Sequence record: SRR2962707_916
Direction: 5' to 3' (one strand)
Length of the DNA stretch: 36,735 bases
The position numbers and the translations under genes are program-made. Shown one piece after another: positions 1 to 9,954 of this stretch. Below the pieces are notes generated by a model, which did no database searches, was not told where the DNA came from, and saw nothing but the letters and a program-made list of their open reading frames with translations. Numbering within the stretch: position 1 is the stretch's first letter; the number at the start of each line of letters is the position of its first letter.

Positions 1-73
1 GACGCAGGCGGCGGCTCGCACCTTTCCCCTTGTCGCTGCGTGCTTCAGCGTTCAGTACAAACTCATTGCTCAT
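1..73 (-). CDS. rplY: 50S ribosomal protein L25/Ctc, 5' part (runs off the window)
   Basis: Minus strand from ATG at 73 reads MSNEFVLNAEARSDKGKGASRRLR, the typical L25 N-terminus. GGAG SD upstream; follows prs as usual. Confidence 0.93.
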   Translation of the reverse strand, partial: MSNEFVLNAEARSDKGKGASRRLR

Positions 74-90
74 GAGTGTTCTCCAGTAAA

Positions 91-125
91 GCTCCGCGGC
101 ACCCCGCGACCAGGCGCACCGGGAG
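91..125 (-). promoter_or_regulatory. rplY 5' leader hairpin (candidate L25 autoregulatory element)
   Basis: Minus strand CTCC-CGGTGC-GCC-TGGTCGC-GGG-GTGCCG-C-GGAG folds into a long hairpin just upstream of the rplY SD. Confidence 0.55.
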
Positions 126-167
126 GGATCAGTCGAATAAAACCGGCAACGGGCCGGAAGGGGGCGG

Positions 168-196
168 ATTATGCCGGAAAAGCCCGCCGGACGCCA
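168..196 (-). promoter_or_regulatory. putative sigma70 promoter of rplY
   Basis: Minus-strand -10 CATAAT (173-168) followed by a GC-rich discriminator CCGCCCCC; weak -35 TGGCGT at 17 nt spacing. Confidence 0.4.
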
Positions 197-214
197 GATG
201 CCCCGGCCCGCGAC

Positions 215-247
215 GAAAAAGGCCGCCCCATCGGGCGGCCTCTTTTT
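215..247 (-). terminator. Rho-independent terminator after prs (possibly bidirectional)
   Basis: 9-bp stem AGGCCGCCC/GGGCGGCCT (220-228/233-241) with an A-run on the left and a T-run on the right. Confidence 0.85.
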
Positions 248-276
248 ATCTTTTCGCTATCAACTGTCGGCTGCCT

Positions 277-1236
277 TCACACCAGTTCCAGGCGGTCGAA
301 CATGGCGGAGAGGGACTCCTCGTTGTTCACCCGGCGTACCGTTTCAGCCAGGATCGGCGCCAGGCTGAGCACGCGGATGTTGGGGCAGGCTTCGCCTTCC
401 GGGGACAGCGGGATGCTGTCGGTGACCACCAGCTGATCCAGCGGACTGTTGCGGATGTTGTCGATGGCCGGGCCGGACAGCACCGCGTGGGTGCAGTAGG
501 CGTAGACCTTGGCGGCGCCATGGTCTTTCAGGGCCTGGGCCGCCTTGCACAGGGTGCCGGCGGTATCGACGATATCGTCCACCAGGATGCAGGTGCGGCC
601 TTCGACTTCACCGATGATGTGCATGACCTGGGATTCATTGGCTTTCGGGCGACGCTTGTCGATGATCGCCAGATCCAGGTCATTGAGCTGCTTGGCCAGG
701 GCGCGAGCGCGAACCACACCGCCCACGTCCGGGCTCACCACCATGGCGTCGTCGTACTTCTGGCGCTCGATATCGGCCACGAACAGCGGCGTGGCGTACA
801 CGTTGTCCACCGGGATATCGAAGAAGCCTTGAATCTGGTCGGCGTGCAGGTCCACCGTCACCACCCGGTCGATGCCCACCGCGGTGATCATGTCGGCCAC
901 CACCTTGGCGGTGATCGGTACCCGCGCTGAGCGCACCCGGCGATCCTGACGGGCATAGCCGAAGTAGGGCATGACGGCGGTGATGCGGCCGGCGGAGGAG
1001 CGGCGCAATGCATCCGCCATCACCAGCACTTCCATCAGGTTGTTATTGGTGGGATTGCAGGTGGACTGGACGATGAACACGTCCTTGCCGCGCACATTCT
1101 CCTGGATATCCACCGCGACTTCGCCGTCGCTGAAGGTGCCGACTTCGGCATCACCCAGGGGAAGGCTGAGGTGTCTGGCCATGGCGTCGGCGAGAACCGG
1201 GTTGGCGTTACCGGAAAAGATGACGAGTTTGGACAC
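277..1236 (-). CDS. prs: ribose-phosphate pyrophosphokinase
   Basis: Motifs [34 protein letters not shown] and [14 protein letters not shown] start. Confidence 0.98.
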   Translation of the reverse strand: MSKLVIFSGNANPVLADAMARHLSLPLGDAEVGTFSDGEVAVDIQENVRGKDVFIVQSTCNPTNNNLMEVLVMADALRRSSAGRITAVMPYFGYARQDRRVRSARVPITAKVVADMITAVGIDRVVTVDLHADQIQGFFDIPVDNVYATPLFVADIERQKYDDAMVVSPDVGGVVRARALAKQLNDLDLAIIDKRRPKANESQVMHIIGEVEGRTCILVDDIVDTAGTLCKAAQALKDHGAAKVYAYCTHAVLSGPAIDNIRNSPLDQLVVTDSIPLSPEGEACPNIRVLSLAPILAETVRRVNNEESLSAMFDRLELV

Positions 1237-1287
1237 TGGCGTCCCCTAGGATGTTGAAAGTACCGTTTTGAAGTACTACAGGAAAGA

Positions 1288-1363
1288 TGGCTGGGGTACC
1301 AGGACTCGAACCTGGGAATGACGGGATCAAAACCCGTTGCCTTACCAACTTGGCGATACCCCA
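1288..1363 (-). tRNA. tRNA-Gln (TTG)
   Basis: TGGGGTATCGCCAAGTTGGTAAGGCAACGGGTTTTGATCCCGTCATTCCCAGGTTCGAGTCCTGGTACCCCAGCCA: cloverleaf, anticodon TTG, encoded CCA, in the usual position between ispE and prs. Confidence 0.97.
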
Positions 1364-1375
1364 ACACTAACTTGC

Positions 1376-2257
1376 TCAGGACGTTCCTGAATTCTGTCTG
1401 GCCCGAAGCGTTGCCAGTGCCTCCCGGAGTGGGGAGATTTGTTTGCTTCGTGCCACAAAACCTGTCCAGTGCTGTGGCAACCTCGGCAGTAATTGCCGGG
1501 CTGCTTGCTCACCGGCAAGGCGTGCGAAACAGCAGGCGCCGGTGCCGGTCATACGGGCGTTGCCCGCTTCTCGCTGGAGCCAGTCCAGGGCTTCCGCTAT
1601 GGGCGGAAAGTGCCGTTTGGCCACGCTTTCACAGTCGTTTTGCAGACTGTCCAAGGAGCCCCTGTCCAGCGAGGCCGGTACTGTAATGGGGGGTGTGTGC
1701 CTTGTCAATTCCTTGTCGCTGAAAATTCGAGCGGTCGGAACGGCAATGCCGGGATGCACCACCAGAAACCATTCCTCGGGCATGAACACCGGGGTCAGGC
1801 GCTCGCCGACGCCTTCCGCCCAGGCGCTGTGGCCGGCCACGAACACCGGCACATCGGCACCCAGTTTCAGCCCCAGAGTGATTAATTCCGCCTCTTCCAG
1901 GTTCAGATCCCAAAGCAGGTTCAGACCGCACAAGGTGGTGGCCGCGTCGGAGGAGCCGCCGCCGACACCGCCCCCGGCTGGCAGCCGTTTTTGCAAGCGC
2001 AGGCGCGCGCCCTGGCGGCAGCCGGTGTGCTCCTGCAGAAGCCGGGCGGCCCGCAGTACCAGATTGTCATCATCGGTGGGCAAATCGGGATCGTCACACT
2101 GAAAGTCGAGATGAGAGTGCGGTTCAAAGTGGAGGCGATCGCCATGGTCCAGCATCACGAACAGGGTTTGCAGCTCATGATACCCGTCCGCCCGGCGCCC
2201 GGTGATATGCAAAAAAAGATTCAGCTTGGCCGGAGCCGGCAAATCGAAGGTGGTCAT
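1376..2257 (-). CDS. ispE: 4-diphosphocytidyl-2-C-methyl-D-erythritol kinase
   Basis: Motifs PAPAKLNLFLHI, GYHELQTLF, KRLPAGGGVGGGSSDAA, LGADVP and MTGTGAC. Confidence 0.97.
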   Translation of the reverse strand: MTTFDLPAPAKLNLFLHITGRRADGYHELQTLFVMLDHGDRLHFEPHSHLDFQCDDPDLPTDDDNLVLRAARLLQEHTGCRQGARLRLQKRLPAGGGVGGGSSDAATTLCGLNLLWDLNLEEAELITLGLKLGADVPVFVAGHSAWAEGVGERLTPVFMPEEWFLVVHPGIAVPTARIFSDKELTRHTPPITVPASLDRGSLDSLQNDCESVAKRHFPPIAEALDWLQREAGNARMTGTGACCFARLAGEQAARQLLPRLPQHWTGFVARSKQISPLREALATLRARQNSGTS

Positions 2258-2814
2258 GGCAGGGGGCGCCAGTCGCGGATCAACAAGGTGAACCGGTTAC
2301 CGTCCTGCTCCGCCTTGATGCGATGAGGCAGGGTGACCCGGCCCACCGGCTGATAACGGTCGAATTGCAGCTGCCAGCCGAGTTGATTCAGGGTGATCAG
2401 ATTGCCGGCTTGATCACGGTCGCTTTGCGCCGGCGCGCCCGGCCAGACCAGACCGCGGCTCCAGTACTCCAGCGCCGATACTGGCAACCAGAATCCGGTC
2501 AGATGCCAAGCCAGCTCCCCGGGGGTGCGGGCCTGCCATTCGCCCTTGGCGGTGCGCAGGTGGGCCAGTCCCGGGTCCCAGCGCAGTTCGGCGCTGCCGA
2601 AACCCAGAGGGCCGGAAAACTGGATCTCCCCCTGGCGTGGCGTCTGATGCCAGTCGAAGGTGGCGGAGCCGCCGTCAGCTTCGGTGCGGTAGCCCAGTTT
2701 GCCGGACATGCGCCACTTCAGGATCTGGTCGGGACGGGTGAAATCAGTGCTGACCGGCTGCTGCTGACAGGCGGCCAGCAGCAAGGCCAGTGCCACGGCG
2801 GCGACGCGAATCAT
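2254..2814 (-). CDS. lolB: outer-membrane lipoprotein receptor LolB
   Basis: Lipobox LLLAAC; W..SGKLG, GPLG and LPVSAL.YW motifs; upstream of ispE. Start placed at ATG 2814, overlapping the upstream stop. Confidence 0.9.
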   Translation of the reverse strand: MIRVAAVALALLLAACQQQPVSTDFTRPDQILKWRMSGKLGYRTEADGGSATFDWHQTPRQGEIQFSGPLGFGSAELRWDPGLAHLRTAKGEWQARTPGELAWHLTGFWLPVSALEYWSRGLVWPGAPAQSDRDQAGNLITLNQLGWQLQFDRYQPVGRVTLPHRIKAEQDGNRFTLLIRDWRPLP

Positions 2815-4532
2815 AATGACACTCCCAGGCGTTGCAGGGTGCCGTGCAGCAGTTCGCTCTCCGGGTCGTCGGCGAGGGCGTCGCGCCAGACCGTGCGGGC
2901 TTTGTTGCGCTGACCGAGATTCCACAATACCTCGCCGAGATGGGCGGCGACCTCGGCGTCCGGAAACTGGGCGTAGGCCCTCTGCAGATACTCCAACGCC
3001 TGTTGAGGACGCCCCAGCCGGAACAGCACCCAGCCCATGGAGTCGAGAATAGCGGGATGATCCGGCTCCTGTTCCAGGGCCTGGCGGATCATGTCGTGGG
3101 CCTGATCCAGATTGATGCCCAGATCCGCCCAGGTGTAGCCCAGGGCATTGAGAGCATCGGTGTTGTCCGGTCTCAGCGCCAGCACCTTGCGCAGATCACC
3201 GGTGGCCTGGTCCCAATCCTTGAGCAAGGTGGCGGTCATGGCGCGGGCGTACAGCAGATCGGGGTCATCGGGTTGCTCGCCGACGGCTTCATTCAGCAGG
3301 GCCATGGCCCCGGGCACATCGCCGGTATCGGTGCGGATCTCCGCCTCGGTGACGTACAGCAGCGAAGTGTGAGCCGGATGCTGTTGCACCAGACTGGTCA
3401 TCAGGGCGTGGCCCTTGGCGGTCTGGCCGCGCTCGTACATCAGCCGTACCGCCTGGACCCGGGCGGGCAAGGTTTGAGGGCCCTGTACCTGCATATAAAG
3501 GTCGATGGCCTGGCTTGGCACGCCCTGTTGTTCCGCCGCCTGGGCCAGCTGCATACGTACCTCGTCCGGACGGTAACCCTGATCCAGCAGGACCTGGAGG
3601 CGCTCCTGTGCCACCTCGGCGGCGCCGGACTCCAGTGCCATCAGGGCCAGGGAATACTGGAGATCCAGGTCGTCCGGGTCCTGGGCGGCGAGAATCTCCA
3701 GTTGCTCCTCGGCGCGTTCATGCTCGCCATCGGCCAGCAGCACACGAACATAGGCCAGGCGGTAACGGCGTTGCTCCGGTGCTTTTTTGACGATCTTGCG
3801 CAGATGCCGCTGGGCGCGCTTTTGCTGGCCCATGTCGTGCCAGAGCTGGGCCTTGAGCAGCAGTGCTTCGTCATGATCCGGGTTGCGCTTGAGGGTTTTG
3901 TCGGTGGCCTCCATGGCCCCTTCCAGATCGCCTTGCTCGCGCCGCTCCAGAGCCCGCGCGTACCACAGTGGGGCATGTTCCGGATAACGGTCGGCCAGGC
4001 TGGACAGGGCATGCAGTAATTCGCGGTTGCCTTGCTGGTCCAGGTTCTGAGCCTCCGCCACCAGCGGTATCAAGGCTTCGGTGCCGTGATGGGCCACCAA
4101 CTGGTCCACATGAGCCGCGGCGGCGTCGCCGTCACCAAGTTGGATGTCGGCCAGGGCGGCCAGGCGCAGCGCGTCAGGGTCTTGGGGGGAATGCCGCAGC
4201 CATTGACTGGATAGTACCCGGGCCTGCTCGAAGTGGCCGAGGTAGGCGGCCAGTTGGGTGGCCTGGCCAAGCACCCCGGGGTCGCCGGTGCGCTCCGCCA
4301 CCGGGGCGTAGTAATCCAGGGTCAAATCCAGCGCCTGGCGCTGGGCGGCGGTTTCCGCCACCAGAAGGTCACCGATATCGGTGCCGTTGTACTCGATCGG
4401 CCGGTTGGGGGGCGCGGGCTCGGCGGTGGCGGCGGGATCCTCGACCCGGGGGGGCGGGCTGGCGCAACCGCCAAGTAAGAAGCTGGCGATCAGCGGCGGG
4501 ATCGCGGCATAAAACGGCGAACGTGGTTTCAT
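2811..4532 (-). CDS. TPR-repeat lipoprotein
   Basis: Lipobox LLGGC; many TPR helices, e.g. DALNALGYTWAD and AILDSMGWVLFRLG; conserved position between hemA and lolB. Start could also be 4547. Confidence 0.88.
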   Translation of the reverse strand: MKPRSPFYAAIPPLIASFLLGGCASPPPRVEDPAATAEPAPPNRPIEYNGTDIGDLLVAETAAQRQALDLTLDYYAPVAERTGDPGVLGQATQLAAYLGHFEQARVLSSQWLRHSPQDPDALRLAALADIQLGDGDAAAAHVDQLVAHHGTEALIPLVAEAQNLDQQGNRELLHALSSLADRYPEHAPLWYARALERREQGDLEGAMEATDKTLKRNPDHDEALLLKAQLWHDMGQQKRAQRHLRKIVKKAPEQRRYRLAYVRVLLADGEHERAEEQLEILAAQDPDDLDLQYSLALMALESGAAEVAQERLQVLLDQGYRPDEVRMQLAQAAEQQGVPSQAIDLYMQVQGPQTLPARVQAVRLMYERGQTAKGHALMTSLVQQHPAHTSLLYVTEAEIRTDTGDVPGAMALLNEAVGEQPDDPDLLYARAMTATLLKDWDQATGDLRKVLALRPDNTDALNALGYTWADLGINLDQAHDMIRQALEQEPDHPAILDSMGWVLFRLGRPQQALEYLQRAYAQFPDAEVAAHLGEVLWNLGQRNKARTVWRDALADDPESELLHGTLQRLGVSL

Positions 4533-4763
4533 CGAACTCGCTGTCACGGCACGGGTGAGCGGCTATCATGGCACAGACATTTGCGTCACCCAAGGGGCGG
4601 ACCGACAGCAACCCGAAGGCCTCCGGAGCCGTGCTGATGAGGGCACCGGTGAGGCTGGTGGCCGCGGCGCCCGGGTTATAACATTGTTTCCGCGTGCTCT
4701 TTCGCGCAAAATGCGTGGCCCTTGCGCGTGTAGCTAACCCAGGCCGGGTCGTCCTTGTTTCTT

Positions 4764-6029
4764 ATGAATCTCTTCGCAGTCGGGGTCAATCACACCACCG
4801 CGGACGTGGAGTTGCGCGAGCAACTGGCGTTTTCAGCGGATCAGGCCGACCAGGTACTGGCCGTCTTGCGCGATGAGCTGCCCGGCGTTCGCGAAGCGGC
4901 GCTATTGTCCACCTGTAATCGCACCGAACTTTATTGCCTGGTGGACGGCCCCATCCCCGATTTCAGCGACTGGCTGGCCCGTGCCCGGCGCATGCCCTCG
5001 CAGCGGCTGCGGGACGTGGTCTACCAGTATCGGGACGAGCAGGCGCTGGAACATATGATGCGCGTGGCCGGCGGGCTTGATTCCCTGGTATTGGGTGAAC
5101 CTCAGATTCTCGGGCAAATGCGTGAAGCCTACGCTCGTGCTCACGAGGCCGGCCTGCTTAACAGCGATCTGGGACGAGTGTTCCAGGATGTTTTCTCGGT
5201 GGCCAAACGTATTCGCACCGAAACCGGTATAGGTGCCAACCCGGTGTCGGTGGCCTACGCCGCGGTTTCCTTCGCCCGGCACATTTTCTCCGACCTGAAG
5301 AAGAGCCGGGCCTTGTTGGTCGGCGCCGGGGAAATGATCCAACTGGTGGCCCGGCACCTGCATGAACAGCAGGTGCGGGAGATCGTTATTGCCAACCGGA
5401 CACTGGATCGGGCCAGTGAGCTGGCAGCCGAGGTGGCCGGGCGCGCCATCGGCCTGGAAGAATTGCCGGTGGCGCTGGAGCACGCGGACATCGTCATTTC
5501 CTGTACCGCTTCGCCACTGCCGGTGCTGGGCAAGGGCACGGTGGAACGCGCGCTGAAACGGCGCCGGCACCGCCCCATGTTCATGGTGGACATTGCCGTG
5601 CCCCGGGATATCGAGCCGGAAGTGGGTAAATTGGACGACGTCTATTTATATACGGTGGATCACCTTCAGGAAGCCATCGAGGAAAATGTACGTGCCCGTC
5701 AGGAAGCCGCGCGCGAGGCCGGTGAGCTGATTCGCGAGGCGGTGCACCGTCATCGCCGTTCGCGCCGTGAGCAACGCGCCGCCGGTGTGTTGCGGGATTA
5801 CCGGCAACAGCGTGTGGTGTTGGCGGACCAGGAACTGGAGCGCGCACTGTCGCAGCTGCGGAACGGCGCGGACCCGGAGGATGTCCTGCGCCGCTTCAAG
5901 CACAACCTGGTTAACAAATGGCTGCACCAGCCCAGCGTGTCACTGCGGCGGATGGCCGCCGAAGGTCGTGTGGAGGATCTGCGCACCGCCCGGGAACTGC
6001 TGCTCGGCGGCGAGCCTGATCAGACCTGA
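4764..6029 (+). CDS. hemA: glutamyl-tRNA reductase
   Basis: Motifs [35 protein letters not shown] and DIAVPRDI. Confidence 0.97.
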   Translation: MNLFAVGVNHTTADVELREQLAFSADQADQVLAVLRDELPGVREAALLSTCNRTELYCLVDGPIPDFSDWLARARRMPSQRLRDVVYQYRDEQALEHMMRVAGGLDSLVLGEPQILGQMREAYARAHEAGLLNSDLGRVFQDVFSVAKRIRTETGIGANPVSVAYAAVSFARHIFSDLKKSRALLVGAGEMIQLVARHLHEQQVREIVIANRTLDRASELAAEVAGRAIGLEELPVALEHADIVISCTASPLPVLGKGTVERALKRRRHRPMFMVDIAVPRDIEPEVGKLDDVYLYTVDHLQEAIEENVRARQEAAREAGELIREAVHRHRRSRREQRAAGVLRDYRQQRVVLADQELERALSQLRNGADPEDVLRRFKHNLVNKWLHQPSVSLRRMAAEGRVEDLRTARELLLGGEPDQT

Positions 6030-6072
6030 CGCCGCGTCGCCCGGTCCCTCTTTTTCAACATCGGAAACCTCT

Positions 6073-7170
6073 ATGAAAGCTTCGCTGAGCGCCAAGCTCG
6101 AGAAATTGACGGAACGTTTCGAGGAACTGAGCGGCCTGCTGTCCGATCCGGACGTCATTGCCGAGCAGAAACGCTTCCGTGCCTTTTCCAAGGAATACGC
6201 GGAGCTGGAACCGGTGGTGCAGGGATTCCGGGAGTACCGCTCCACCGAGGCGGATATGGACGCAGCCCGCGCGCTCGCCGAGGACAGCGATCCGGAAATG
6301 CGCGCCATGGGGCAAGAGGAACTGCGCGAGGGGCAGGCGCGTCTGGAGCAACTGGAAAGCGATCTGCAACGGGCCATGCTGCCCAAGGACCCCCGCGATA
6401 ACGCCGGGGTTTACCTGGAAATCCGCGCCGGTACCGGCGGTGATGAAGCGGCTTTGTTCGCCGGCGATCTGTTCCGCATGTATTCCCGCTACGCTGACCA
6501 GCGGGGCTGGAAAGTGGAAACGGTAAGCGCCAGTGAAGGCGAACACGGTGGCTATAAGGAAGTGATCGCGAGGGTGATGGGCGACGGCGTCTATTCCCGT
6601 CTCAAGTTCGAATCCGGCGCCCATCGGGTACAGCGTGTACCCGCCACCGAATCCCAGGGCCGTATCCACACCTCCGCCTGTACCGTGGCGGTGATGGCGG
6701 AGGCCGAGGAGGCCGGTGATATCGAGATCCGCAACGAAGACCTGCGCATCGATACTTATCGTTCCTCCGGCGCGGGCGGCCAGCACGTCAATACCACCGA
6801 CTCGGCGGTACGCATCACCCACTTGCCCACCGGGGTGGTGGTGGAGTGTCAGGACGAACGCAGCCAGCATAAAAACAAGGCCAAGGCCATGTCCCTGCTG
6901 AAAGCTCGTTTGCTGGACGCTCGCGAAAGTGCCGCCCAAGCGGAACAGGCCGCTCAGCGTAAATCCCTGGTAGGCTCCGGTGATCGCTCCGAGCGTATTC
7001 GCACCTATAATTTCCCTCAGGGCCGCCTCACCGATCATCGCATCAACCTGACCCTGTACCGTCTCAACGAAATTGTCGCCGGTGACATGGACGAAGTGCT
7101 GGACGCTCTGCTCGCCGAACATCAGGCGGAACAGCTGGCGGCGCTGGCGGACGCCGGCGGCGCGGAGTAA
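6073..7170 (+). CDS. prfA: peptide chain release factor 1
   Basis: GTGGDEA, RF1-type PAT tripeptide (RVPATES), GAGGQHVN and [13 protein letters not shown] at 6073. Confidence 0.97.
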   Translation: MKASLSAKLEKLTERFEELSGLLSDPDVIAEQKRFRAFSKEYAELEPVVQGFREYRSTEADMDAARALAEDSDPEMRAMGQEELREGQARLEQLESDLQRAMLPKDPRDNAGVYLEIRAGTGGDEAALFAGDLFRMYSRYADQRGWKVETVSASEGEHGGYKEVIARVMGDGVYSRLKFESGAHRVQRVPATESQGRIHTSACTVAVMAEAEEAGDIEIRNEDLRIDTYRSSGAGGQHVNTTDSAVRITHLPTGVVVECQDERSQHKNKAKAMSLLKARLLDARESAAQAEQAAQRKSLVGSGDRSERIRTYNFPQGRLTDHRINLTLYRLNEIVAGDMDEVLDALLAEHQAEQLAALADAGGAE

Positions 7171-7173
7171 CCG

Positions 7174-7995
7174 GTGCGCATCGATCAGGCGTTGCGCGAG
7201 GCCCGCTCCCGTTTGCGGTCCTCGCCCAGTGCGGCGCTGGATGCCGAGTGTCTGCTGTCCCATGTGCTGGCCCAATCCCGCACCTATCTGTTCACCTGGC
7301 CGGAGCGGACCCTGAGCGAATCCCAGCAACGGCGCTTCCTGGAATTGCTGGCTCGCCGTGAAACCGGTGAGCCGGTGGCTTATCTGATCGGCGAGCGGGA
7401 GTTCTATGGGCGGCTGTTCAAGGTTACCCCGGATACGCTGATCCCGCGCCCGGATACCGAAACTCTCATCGACATCGTGTTGGAACGGCTGCCGGAATCG
7501 CCGTTGCGGGCGGTGGATGTGGGCACCGGCACTGGCGCCATCGGTATTACTCTGGCGCTGGAAAGGCCTGCCTGGTCAGTGTTGCTGGTGGATATCAGCG
7601 ATGCCGCCCTGCGGGTGGCGAAGGACAATGCCAGAGCTCTGAACGCGGAAGTCGGAGTCGTCGGCGGAACCTGGCTGGCGGCGTTGCCAGGCCCGTTTGA
7701 GTTGATCGTATCCAACCCGCCTTATGTCGATCCCGAAGACCCGCATCTGGGGCAAGGCGATGTCCGCCATGAACCGCGTACCGCGCTGGTGGCGGCGGAA
7801 CGGGGGCTGGCGGATATTCGCGTGCTTGCCGATCAGGCCATAACGCGTCTTGTGGAAGGCGGTTGGCTGGTGCTGGAGCATGGTTATGATCAGGGAGAGG
7901 CGGTTCGCACCCTTTTGCAGGATCGGGGGTATGGCGAGGTGGAGACGCTCCGCGATCTGGGAGGACAGGATCGCGTTACTTTAGGGCAAAAATAG
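7174..7995 (+). CDS. prmC: release factor glutamine methyltransferase
   Basis: GEPVAY, LIPRPDTE, DVGTGTG and SNPPY; follows prfA. Confidence 0.96.
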   Translation: MRIDQALREARSRLRSSPSAALDAECLLSHVLAQSRTYLFTWPERTLSESQQRRFLELLARRETGEPVAYLIGEREFYGRLFKVTPDTLIPRPDTETLIDIVLERLPESPLRAVDVGTGTGAIGITLALERPAWSVLLVDISDAALRVAKDNARALNAEVGVVGGTWLAALPGPFELIVSNPPYVDPEDPHLGQGDVRHEPRTALVAAERGLADIRVLADQAITRLVEGGWLVLEHGYDQGEAVRTLLQDRGYGEVETLRDLGGQDRVTLGQK

Positions 7996-8037
7996 CGGCG
8001 CGGCCCCTGGCCGGAGCCGACGACAGGCGGAGGCACC

Positions 8038-8799
8038 ATGTTCAACGACGACCAGTTAATGCGCTACAGCCGCCAACTGCTGCTGGCGGATTTCGATCTG
8101 CAGGGTCAGGAAGCGTTGAGCCGCGCCCGGGTGCTGTTGGTGGGGTGCGGCGGTCTGGCCAACCCGGCAGCCCTGTATCTGGCCGGCGCTGGCGTCGGTG
8201 GGTTGTTGCTGGTGGACGACGACCGCGTGGAAGTCTCCAATCTGCATCGTCAAGTGGCTTTCCGCGCCGATCAGGTCGGGGAGGAAAAAGCCCCGGCCCT
8301 GGCGGCGCAATTACGTTCGTTGAACCCCGATGTGCCGGTCACGCCAGTGGTGGCCCGTGTCGACGCTGGCTGGCTCGATCAACAGCTGCCGGAAGTGGAC
8401 CTGGTACTGGATTGCACCGACAACTTTGCTACCCGGCAAGCGGTCAACGCCGCCTGCGTGCGTCATCGTAAACCGCTGGTAAGCGGCGCCGCCATTCGGC
8501 TGGAAGGGCAAATCGCCGCGTTCGATCTGCGGCAAGCCGGCAGCCCCTGCTACGCTTGTTTGTTTGGTGACGGTACCGAGGGCGATTTGCTGTGCAGTGA
8601 GGCGGGAATCCTGGGACCGGTGGTGGGTACCGTGGGCACCCTGCAGGCGCTGCTGGCCATGCATTTGCTTACTGGCAAGCAGGTGGCTCCGCAACTTCAC
8701 GCCTTCGATGGCCGAGCCCTGAGCTGGCGGCAATTGGCACTGCGCAAGGACCCGCATTGCCCGGTGTGCGGCGATCCCGTCGCCGGGGAAGACGGATGA
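8038..8799 (+). CDS. moeB: molybdopterin-synthase adenylyltransferase MoeB (ThiF/MoeB family)
   Basis: RYSRQ, GCGGL, SNLHRQ, DCTDN, two CxxC zinc motifs (CYAC, CPVC) and LCSEAG. Confidence 0.85.
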   Translation: MFNDDQLMRYSRQLLLADFDLQGQEALSRARVLLVGCGGLANPAALYLAGAGVGGLLLVDDDRVEVSNLHRQVAFRADQVGEEKAPALAAQLRSLNPDVPVTPVVARVDAGWLDQQLPEVDLVLDCTDNFATRQAVNAACVRHRKPLVSGAAIRLEGQIAAFDLRQAGSPCYACLFGDGTEGDLLCSEAGILGPVVGTVGTLQALLAMHLLTGKQVAPQLHAFDGRALSWRQLALRKDPHCPVCGDPVAGEDG

Positions 8800-8829
8800 T
8801 CAGACTCCGGAGACATGGATTGGCGTTGT

Positions 8830-8900
8830 ATTCGCAGCCAAGGCGACTTCCCACGGCGGGAACTGCAAAGTCACCGTGGGAAGCGGCTTTGGCCGCGAAT
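8830..8900. repeat. inverted REP doublet (REPIN-like)
   Basis: ATTCGCAGCCAAGGCGACTTCCCAC (8830-8854) is an imperfect reverse complement of GTGGGAAGCGGCTTTGGCCGCGAAT (8876-8900). Each unit is GTGG plus an internal palindrome; located between convergent genes. Confidence 0.75.
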
Positions 8901-8925
8901 GGAGGGGATGCTCAACGATTACGGA

Positions 8926-9954
8926 TCAGAGCACCTTGGTCGGAAAGGCGCACAACGGGCTGCCGGAGCAGTTTTCCGGGGTGACGAACAGCAGCCGTTC
9001 ACCAGTGGGGTCGTTGACCGGATCATTGCTGATGAAGGCCACGAAGCCGAAGAAGTAAATCCCTTCCGCACCCTTGGCGTTGGCATCCGCCACCACCTCC
9101 GTGTAAGTGTCCGCCGACTGCATTAGCTCATAGTTGAAAGTGGCCTGGCTGTTTTCATCCTTGATGTAGAGATTGGCGAATTCCGCTGCGCCGTTGGTAT
9201 TGACGAACGCAAAAGGATAAATCCACAGGTATCCTTGATCGCCTTGTTCGGAGACGGCGGTCAGGAACTCTTCCTCGGTTTCTTCATAGTCGGCTGGCGT
9301 CGACCGGTAGCTGTAACGGGCCGTGCCATTGACGGCGCGCTGCCAGAGGTAGCCGGCATTGCCGTTGCCATCCGTGATGGGGCCCAGGAGCAGATAACCG
9401 TCCTTTCCTTCTTCATTAGCCGCGTCGATGAGTGCCGAGGCGCTGGTTGCAAGACCCGGCGTCACCTTGGTTTCGTAGGTGGTATTAGTGCCTTGTTGGT
9501 GCATGTAGACGGTTTGAATGGTGGTGTCGCCATACAGACTGATATAAGGAGCACTCAGGGCAAAACCCTCTTGTCCCTGAGCATTGGCCTCGGCCACGAA
9601 CTGGCTCAGTGTGGGTTGTTGCGGATTGATCCGGTACTCGTAAGTGGCGTTCTGGTAGCGGCCGAACAACAGCCCTTCCTCATCCACATTGGAACCCAGA
9701 ATCACTGGTCCCAGGAACACATAACCTTCGGCGCCCATATTGATGATTTGCGTGTCGGAGAACTGAGTCCCGGGCAGGAACTCGTAGTGGTATGTGCCGG
9801 CGCCGCCATCACCACCGCCGTCACCATCTCCCCCACCATTGTCGCCGCCACCATTATCACCGCCGCCGCTGCTGCTTCCGCCACCGCCACCGCAGGCGGC
9901 CAGCGTGACGGAAAACAACGTAACGAAAAGGAATGTGAAGGTACGTTTGAACAT
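8926..9954 (-). CDS. lipoprotein with Gly/Asp-rich linker and five tandem ~55-aa repeats (DUF4177-like)
   Basis: Signal MFKRTFTFLFVTLFSVTLAAC, GGGD linker, five units Y-x-Y...N-x-x-G-x-(E/D/Q)-G-(Y/F/I). Alternative start 9972. Confidence 0.8.
   Translation of the reverse strand: MFKRTFTFLFVTLFSVTLAACGGGGGSSSGGGDNGGGDNGGGDGDGGGDGGAGTYHYEFLPGTQFSDTQIINMGAEGYVFLGPVILGSNVDEEGLLFGRYQNATYEYRINPQQPTLSQFVAEANAQGQEGFALSAPYISLYGDTTIQTVYMHQQGTNTTYETKVTPGLATSASALIDAANEEGKDGYLLLGPITDGNGNAGYLWQRAVNGTARYSYRSTPADYEETEEEFLTAVSEQGDQGYLWIYPFAFVNTNGAAEFANLYIKDENSQATFNYELMQSADTYTEVVADANAKGAEGIYFFGFVAFISNDPVNDPTGERLLFVTPENCSGSPLCAFPTKVL
9796..9891 (-). repeat. low-complexity GGGD/GGGDN coding repeat
   Basis: Encodes GGGGGSSSGGGDNGGGDNGGGDGDGGGDGGAG directly after the lipobox Cys. 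Confidence 0.75.

Noticed and set aside
76-930. 284-aa plus-strand ORF, and similar long antisense ORFs (2832-4019, 6055-7329, 21535-23235, 23894-24982, 25769-27235)
   Set aside because: They are mirror frames of well-supported genes on the opposite strand, common in high-GC DNA, and show no family motifs.
1288-1363. tRNA-Gln as an island integration site
   Set aside because: It is flanked by ispE and prs in the usual order, with no integrase and no duplicated tRNA 3' end in the window.
5767-6072. N-terminal extension of prfA
   Set aside because: It overlaps hemA in another frame; RF1 homology begins at ATG 6073.
8815-9126. 103-aa plus-strand ORF after moeB
   Set aside because: It runs through the REP doublet and antisense to the lipoprotein gene, with no coding features.
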